From Dehalococcoidia bacterium UBA1141 (GTDB taxonomy: Bacteria; Chloroflexota; Dehalococcoidia; Lucifugimonadales; UBA3495), in contig DCAE01000109.1 of the NCBI GenBank assembly GCA_002311385.1, positions 118,385 through 182,384 of the forward strand: a stretch of 64,000 bases of DNA. Reading direction: 5' to 3'. Below the pieces are notes generated by a model. It was given only the letters and a program-made list of their open reading frames with translations, did not search any database and had not been told where the DNA came from. This document shows positions 58,453 through 64,000 of this stretch, piece by piece. A program made the position numbers and the translations under genes. Positions within the stretch are counted from its first letter, which is position 1. The number at the start of each line of letters is the position of its first letter.

Positions 58453-60459
58453 ATGCAATCAACTAACCGAAGGTTTCTACGCGCTACGATATTTAGCTTC
58501 GCGCTATTGATTATGGCGGCAGTGGCCGCATCGTTACTGCTTCACCAAAAGGTAGATAACGTTGCAGTCGCAGTGTCGGAGCACGCCCAAAAAATGAATG
58601 TCGACTCCAAATCAACTTCACTTGAGCTGAAATTTGTGACCGTTTTGGTCAGCGAGATTAACGGTCTTCAGTCTATCTCCTACGGATTGGCTGGCGGAGC
58701 TTTTGCAACACTGTTCGCAGCGCTCATGGCCGCATTGTGGGTCAGCCATAAGATAGATTTGCAAGAAAGGCTTGTAGAAGGCTACAAGCTGGCTGAGGAA
58801 TCCGATAGGCGGAGGAAGAGAGAGTTTGAAGCGTTATGTAACATCAGCTGCGCATTGGCGGGCAATGGGGATTTTGAATATAAAGCGACCCGCTATGTTG
58901 AGGAATTTGCTCGAGTGGCTGAAGCAGAGTGGTTATCCTTGAGAATGCCGGACAACCGTGGCGAAGGCCTGCGATTCGTGGTGGTTGGAGCAGGACTGGC
59001 CAAATCCATCCCCGCTGCTTTGCTCAATGACTCCGGATCTTTGGGAGAAGAGGCACTGAGAGACGGTCTCAATATTGTGGTCAATGACTATTCGGCCCAT
59101 TCGGAATCTGAAACGGACATAACCCGATTGGGGGTTAATTCAGTTGCGCTCCTACCCATATTTTCCAAAGGGGGGACTTTAGGCCTGGTCACAGTATTCT
59201 CCAAACAGATTGACCACTTCAACGAGGCTCGGGTCAAGCTGTTGAGCGATGTGCTGGATGGTGTGTGGCCACTGTTGGAAAATGCCCTATTGGAAGATAA
59301 CCAAAAGCACACAGAGGAGCGGCTTCGAGAGACTGCCCGTCTGGCGTCTATCGGGGGGCTTGCCGCCGGAGTGGCCCACGAAGTTAACAACCGCCTTACG
59401 AATATCTTGGGCTATTCACAGATGCTCTTGAATGAGGATCATCCAGAAACCTTCAGGGAAGACCTTGAAACAGTGATTTCCGAATCTCAGCGCGCAGCGA
59501 AAATAATTCGTAACCTCCAGCTTTTCGCCAGAAGAAGCGTCACCGATATGAATCCGGCCCACATAAACGAGATTCTAAGCAGGGCTCTGGACCTTAAGCA
59601 GCATGAGTTCGTAAAGAGCGAAATAAGTGTTGATTTGGATTTGGCCGAGGATCTTCCCAAGGTACTGATTGATGAACATCAGCTAATCCAGGTCATCGTA
59701 AACATTCTCACGAATGCTCAGCAGGCTATGGAATCAATCCAACGGACTCGGGAGCTCTCGGTCCGCACGACCATCTCAGGCGAGAAAGTGCGTATCAGAA
59801 TTCAAGACTCGGGCCCCGGCATACCCCCAGGGCGGAAGAAGTTGATTTTCGAGCCATTCTACACAACAAAGGAAGTAGGAATGGGTACCGGACTAGGGTT
59901 GAGCATCTGCCACGGAATAATCCAAGAGCATCAGGGCGCCATTTGGTCCAGCAGTTTGCCAGGCCAGGGCGCCACTTTCAACATCGAGCTTCCTGCCTGG
60001 TATGGACAGGAAGAGGAGCAGGTCTCGGGAAGACAGCCTTCTGCGGCGACCGTCCGCCACGGCCATGTTCTGGCTGTGGATGACGACCCGCAGATGCGTA
60101 ACCTACTACAGAGGTCATTGGAGCAGGACGAATACGAAGTGGACCTGGCTGAAGACGGCGCAGAAGCGTGGAAGCTAATCCAGGCCAATACATACGACTG
60201 CGTTCTATTAGACCTGAAAATGCCCGAGATGAACGGGAAGGAATTGTTCCGGCTGATGCAAGGGAGTCCAAAGGGGATGGCGGATAAGGTTATCTTTATA
60301 ACAGGAGACACGGCTGATATGGATTCCCAAGAGTTTGTCGCCTCATATAACAACCCGGTCATGCAAAAGCCATTCCAGCTTGATGACCTAATGTCCGTGG
60401 TTCACGAAGTCACAGCCGAGCCTACCAGAACCTGGGCCGAGAGTCGCTATGAGTCTTGA
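58453..60459 (+). CDS. membrane GAF-histidine kinase-receiver hybrid sensor
   Basis: 668 aa with two TM segments, a GAF-like region, H-box AAGVAHEVNNRLTNILGY, a HATPase domain (DSGPGIP, GMGTGLGLSICHG) and REC (VLAVDDDPQM...DCVLLDLKMPEMNG...QKPF). Confidence 0.9.
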   Translation: MQSTNRRFLRATIFSFALLIMAAVAASLLLHQKVDNVAVAVSEHAQKMNVDSKSTSLELKFVTVLVSEINGLQSISYGLAGGAFATLFAALMAALWVSHKIDLQERLVEGYKLAEESDRRRKREFEALCNISCALAGNGDFEYKATRYVEEFARVAEAEWLSLRMPDNRGEGLRFVVVGAGLAKSIPAALLNDSGSLGEEALRDGLNIVVNDYSAHSESETDITRLGVNSVALLPIFSKGGTLGLVTVFSKQIDHFNEARVKLLSDVLDGVWPLLENALLEDNQKHTEERLRETARLASIGGLAAGVAHEVNNRLTNILGYSQMLLNEDHPETFREDLETVISESQRAAKIIRNLQLFARRSVTDMNPAHINEILSRALDLKQHEFVKSEISVDLDLAEDLPKVLIDEHQLIQVIVNILTNAQQAMESIQRTRELSVRTTISGEKVRIRIQDSGPGIPPGRKKLIFEPFYTTKEVGMGTGLGLSICHGIIQEHQGAIWSSSLPGQGATFNIELPAWYGQEEEQVSGRQPSAATVRHGHVLAVDDDPQMRNLLQRSLEQDEYEVDLAEDGAEAWKLIQANTYDCVLLDLKMPEMNGKELFRLMQGSPKGMADKVIFITGDTADMDSQEFVASYNNPVMQKPFQLDDLMSVVHEVTAEPTRTWAESRYES

Positions 60460-60507
60460 GAGTCTGGCGTTTGACTCTCAGGTATTGTGCCCAGAAATGA
60501 CGCTGGT

Positions 60508-61128
60508 TTATCTTCTCCGGCTTCTCAGTTCGTCCCAGACCGCATTAGGGGTCACTCCGGAAGCAGCTAACAGCACCATTGAGTGGTACAGCAGATCGGC
60601 AATCTCTTTGGGCAAGTTTTCAGTGTCACCTTGAACTGCGGCGATTGCCGATTCTCCTGCTTCTTCAATCACTTTTTGAGCGATGCGCCCGATGCCTTCC
60701 TGAAGCAGTTTTGCAGTGTAGCTGTCCTCGGGCTGGTCCCGTTTACGGTCGCGGATTATCCCGAACAACTCGTCCAAAATTCCCGCTCCCGACTCCGTAA
60801 GTTCATATTCATCCGGCAGGCCGTCCAAGGCCGTGAAAAAACAAGATGTCTCGCCGGTGTGGCAAGTAGGTCCGTCAGGTTCGACCTTTAGCAGAATCGT
60901 GTCCCCGTCGCAGTCCAGCCAGGCTTCTCGCAGGTTCAGATAATTCCCTGAAACTTCGCCCTTGTGCCACAGGTCTTCGCGGCTTCGGCTATAGAACCAA
61001 ACTTGAACTCCCTCCACCGTTCGCTTCAGTGAACCCGGATTCATGTAGCCCAACATGAGCACCTGACCCGTGTTGATATCTTGAGCGATAGCCGGAAGCA
61101 GTCCTTGTTCATTCAGTTTTACTTTCAT
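60508..61128 (-). CDS. hisIE: bifunctional phosphoribosyl-AMP cyclohydrolase / phosphoribosyl-ATP pyrophosphatase
   Basis: LLPAIAQD...GQVLMLGYMN...WFYSRSR..LW.KGE.SGN and a C-terminal MazG-like EEAGE...DLLYH. Confidence 0.92.
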   Translation of the reverse strand: MKVKLNEQGLLPAIAQDINTGQVLMLGYMNPGSLKRTVEGVQVWFYSRSREDLWHKGEVSGNYLNLREAWLDCDGDTILLKVEPDGPTCHTGETSCFFTALDGLPDEYELTESGAGILDELFGIIRDRKRDQPEDSYTAKLLQEGIGRIAQKVIEEAGESAIAAVQGDTENLPKEIADLLYHSMVLLAASGVTPNAVWDELRSRRR

Positions 61129-61170
61129 TATCTATCGTCCTCACTGCTTTAGTGGATAGTGTGGGGATGG

Positions 61171-61878
61171 TTATTTGGATGGCCAATTTTCCAACAGTGC
61201 GGGCAACTCCAACAAACTGCTGATTTGGTATGCGGGTTTTGGCAAGTCCGGGTGTGCCGGATTATCCGAGCGATTAATCCAAACAGGGTGCATACCCAAT
61301 TCTAAAGGTCCTTTGACGTCTTCCAACTGCCGGTCTCCCACGTAGACCACCTCACCAGGAGTTACCTTCAGAGTATCCAACATTTGACTAAACAACCCGG
61401 GCAAGGGTTTATATACCTGGGCCTGCTCGGAGGAGAGGACCGCTTCGAAATCCAGTCCCAATAACTCTAGATTTGGCAGCAAGTAATCATCATCCGCATT
61501 GGAAAGCACTGCGGTGCGCCACTTTAACTGAACAATCTTCAAGGCTTCATTCGTCTCCGGAAATGGGTCTCTGTGGGAAATAAACTTGATAAAGCTTCTG
61601 GAGGCGGCATCGGGGTCGCCGTCCAGATGAAGTTTTTCGAAAGACCGAATGAAGCAATCACGCCACCCTTGGAAATAGCTTTGGAAAGGTACCCCTGGCC
61701 GGACCCGACTGTCGCGAAATTCCGTCTCTCCTAGTGTCCATTCTTCCCAGAGCAGTTCCGGAGTCGTGTCCAGAGATTGTTCTTGGATAATATCCTGTAC
61801 ACCCACTCTCCATAGATTGTGGGGGTTTTGCACAAGGGTTTCATACATGTCGAATAATACGGTGGTGATTGGACTCAT
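61171..61878 (-). CDS. HAD-superfamily hydrolase with DxYxT motif I
   Basis: VLFDMYETLV, VLSNADD, YKP and YVGDRQ. Lies between hisF and hisIE. Confidence 0.7.
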   Translation of the reverse strand: MSPITTVLFDMYETLVQNPHNLWRVGVQDIIQEQSLDTTPELLWEEWTLGETEFRDSRVRPGVPFQSYFQGWRDCFIRSFEKLHLDGDPDAASRSFIKFISHRDPFPETNEALKIVQLKWRTAVLSNADDDYLLPNLELLGLDFEAVLSSEQAQVYKPLPGLFSQMLDTLKVTPGEVVYVGDRQLEDVKGPLELGMHPVWINRSDNPAHPDLPKPAYQISSLLELPALLENWPSK

Positions 61879-62031
61879 GTTGCAGGGGCTCAGCTTCCTA
61901 GCTTATTTATCTGTAAACGATTTCAGGGGACAAGCAATTGCCAGACAGTCACTGTGCAGCTGGGGCAAGAAATCCGCTCACCGGCGCGCTGCAATTAATC
62001 GAGCAAATAGGCAGACGGAAGAGTAACTGGC

Positions 62032-62859
62032 CTACGTTGACGCCTGAACGATTGGGCGCATGGGAATTCCCCTACCAGCCAAGTAATCTTTGGCTTGGGC
62101 AATGGAATAAGTGCCGAAATGAAAGATGCTGGCCGCCAACACCGCATCGGCTTCCCCTTCGGTGAATGCATCGTAAAGATGGTCCACCACACCAGCGCCA
62201 CCGCTGGCAATCACCGGCACCTCCACGGACCGGGAAATCGCCCGGGTCACACCCAAATCGTAACCGGTTAGCTGCCCATCGGCATCCATGCTGGTCAACA
62301 GTATCTCCCCGGCCCCCAATTCGACCACCCGCTGGGCCCACCTGACGGCGTCGATACCCGTTGACGTCCGGCCTCCATGGGTAAACACCTCCCACCCCGA
62401 ATCGCCGGAAAGGGCCAATCCGTCCCGGTTCGATTGCCCCCGGATAGTGTCCCCGCTAACCCTCTTGGCGTCGATTGCCACAACGATGCATTGATTACCG
62501 AATTGCGCTGCGCCCTGAGAAATCAAATCCGGGTTATTGACGGCGGCGGTATTCACGGAGACTTTATCTGCCCCAGCGCGCAACATACGCCGCATGTCTT
62601 CAACGCTTCGGATGCCCCCGCCTACCGTCAAGGGAATGAACACCTCTTCGGATACCCGCCGCACCACATCCACCATCGTGTCCCGGGAGTCTGAGCTCGC
62701 GGTAATGTCCAAAAACACCAACTCGTCTCCACCTTCTTGGTTGTAAAAAGCAGCCAACTCGGCTGGGTCGCCCGCGTCCCTCAAGTTTACGAAACTTGTG
62801 CCTTTGACCACCCGGCCAGAGTCTACATCCAGGCATGGAATTATTCTTTTAGTCAACAT
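62032..62859 (-). CDS. hisF: imidazole glycerol phosphate synthase, cyclase subunit
   Basis: [20 protein letters not shown]..., ...LTVGGGIRS... and ...VIASGGAG.... ATG 62859 preferred. There is an insert of about 25 aa relative to typical HisF ([20 protein letters not shown]). Confidence 0.93.
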   Translation of the reverse strand: MLTKRIIPCLDVDSGRVVKGTSFVNLRDAGDPAELAAFYNQEGGDELVFLDITASSDSRDTMVDVVRRVSEEVFIPLTVGGGIRSVEDMRRMLRAGADKVSVNTAAVNNPDLISQGAAQFGNQCIVVAIDAKRVSGDTIRGQSNRDGLALSGDSGWEVFTHGGRTSTGIDAVRWAQRVVELGAGEILLTSMDADGQLTGYDLGVTRAISRSVEVPVIASGGAGVVDHLYDAFTEGEADAVLAASIFHFGTYSIAQAKDYLAGRGIPMRPIVQAST

Positions 62860-63085
62860 GGATTCTTGTTCTTTTATTAAGAAATAGGGGTTTTGGTGTG
62901 ACTGCTTACCCAGGTTGCAGTATATCACCGGACGTGTGGGATTCTAAGCGCTTAAGACCGAGCTAGAAGCGGTATTGATATTCGGAGGGATTTGGGATTG
63001 GCTAAGAGCAAGACCTAGGATAGAATGTGCCGATTAGCCCGGAACCACATGGTGAAACATTCAAATATCACAGAGGAGGCTTAAC

Positions 63086-63481
63086 ATGGCTATTTCTTTG
63101 GCGGAAGCAAACCGGATGATTGAGGGCGCCATCGCCCATGCCCAAACCCTGAACATCAAGATTAACGTTGCGGTGGTTGACGCAGGCGGGCGGCTAATCG
63201 CTTTCAACCGCATGGACGGAGCAATCTGGGCCGGTGTTTATGGTTCTCAGGGGAAGGCTGTGGCTTCTGCCGCATTCGGCCGGACCAGCGGCGAACTCAC
63301 AGAGCGGGCAGACCAACCCACTCCACGTGGCATCGCGTTGGCGGAAGGTGGCCACATGATTATGGGCCAGGGAGGAGCGCCGGTAATCACTGACGGCGGC
63401 ATAGAAGGAGCCGTGGGCGTCGGCGGCGGAACCAGCCAAGAAGACGAAGACTGCGCCAAGGCGGGTATCGCTAAGAGATAG
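63086..63481 (+). CDS. GlcG/HbpS-like (DUF336) heme-binding protein
   Basis: 131 aa with ...VAVVDAGGRLIAFNRMDGA... and ...GGIEGAVGVGGGTSQEDEDCA.... Confidence 0.8.
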   Translation: MAISLAEANRMIEGAIAHAQTLNIKINVAVVDAGGRLIAFNRMDGAIWAGVYGSQGKAVASAAFGRTSGELTERADQPTPRGIALAEGGHMIMGQGGAPVITDGGIEGAVGVGGGTSQEDEDCAKAGIAKR

Positions 63482-63508
63482 CCGGACTGGCAAAACTTAG
63501 AACCATGC

Positions 63509-63543
63509 AGGGCGTCCCGAAATAATCAGGACGCCCTTTTTTA
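63509..63543 (+). terminator. rho-independent terminator
   Basis: GGGCGTCC - loop - GGACGCCC followed by TTTTTT. Confidence 0.8.
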
Positions 63544-63563
63544 ATGTCAGACCGACTGAAGGG

Positions 63564-64000
63564 CTAGGGTAGGAAGGCCAACACCGATGCCGGAGAACCG
63601 GTTCCCCCTCGCAACAGCAATATGCCTATCACCAGGGTTGTACCCGTGGCAGGCAACTGGTCCAGATTCCATAGGTTTTCCAGGACTATTCGCCGTTGTT
63701 CCAAAGCCATACGGTTGACCGTAAAGTCCGAGTCGATTCCCGGTTCCACCCCTGGCGTATCGATTCCTATTCCGCCCGCGCCTCTATCATCGAGCAAGGA
63801 ACGAACTGCCTCAGGCCCAAATCCGGGGAAGTGGAGTCTGCCGTCGGCCCCTGCGCCCAGATACTGCTCCGCACTGCTCCATCTGTCCTGCCATCCGGTT
63901 TGTAGCAGAACCACGGACCCGGCAGACACCAGGCCGTTTCGGGCCTCCCAGATGGTCAGATCATCAACGGTCAATGCGTAGTCCGGGTTGGCTTGAACCC
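63564..64000 (-). CDS. cyclase-family protein (kynurenine formamidase-like), 5' end outside window
   Basis: ...GSVVLLQTGW..., HFPGF and GIGIDTPGVE. The frame stays open upstream of the TTG called by the track (..VQANPDYALTVDDL). Confidence 0.7.
   Translation of the reverse strand, partial: VQANPDYALTVDDLTIWEARNGLVSAGSVVLLQTGWQDRWSSAEQYLGAGADGRLHFPGFGPEAVRSLLDDRGAGGIGIDTPGVEPGIDSDFTVNRMALEQRRIVLENLWNLDQLPATGTTLVIGILLLRGGTGSPASVLAFLP

Noticed and set aside
61171-61878. HAD gene between hisF and hisIE as the missing histidinol-phosphate phosphatase
   Set aside because: Motif I is DMYET, so the general acid/base Asp at position +2 that HAD phosphatases require is missing. The phosphatase assignment is therefore not supported by the sequence.

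Overview
This is a dense 64-kb bacterial chromosomal segment coding on both strands. I cannot assign taxonomy without a database search. Most of it is housekeeping: alaS, argS, ruvX, gmk, lipA, aroA, tyrA, hisF, hisIE and tRNA-Gln(UUG). It also carries hemA followed by a cobalt-early (anaerobic-type) cobalamin operon: cbiC, cbiX, cbiD, cbiT, cbiL, cbiF, cbiG, an ACAD-fold gene, then cbiH. Other content is otsA-otsB, a heterodimeric ABC exporter pair, mgtE, three hybrid histidine kinases, a MoxR/DUF58 module and a Phd/VapC-type toxin-antitoxin pair. I see no transposase, integrase, CRISPR array or rRNA.

Three things stand out. (1) Three redox or methyltransferase genes that the ORF track splits or truncates at TGA are continuous reading frames. 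In each, the TGA falls exactly on a conserved catalytic cysteine: DsbA/FrnE-like U-P-W-C, AhpD/CMD-like C-R-Y-U, and ArsM-like W-F-A-U-V-A-G-A. Each TGA is followed 10-12 nt later by a 6-7 bp hairpin, so these are candidate selenoproteins. No Sec machinery is visible in the window. (2) There is an exported copper-protein neighbourhood. It holds a cupredoxin/beta-propeller lipoprotein and a roughly 1439-aa multicopper oxidase built from three tandem two-domain units. Nearby are a collagen-like/NHL lipoprotein, a GMC oxidoreductase and two uncharacterised genes. (3) Disrupted genes are unusually frequent. There are five one-base-deletion frameshifts at short homopolymers, one larger deletion in moxR, and four in-frame nonsense codons. 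This points to either assembly error or ongoing gene decay.
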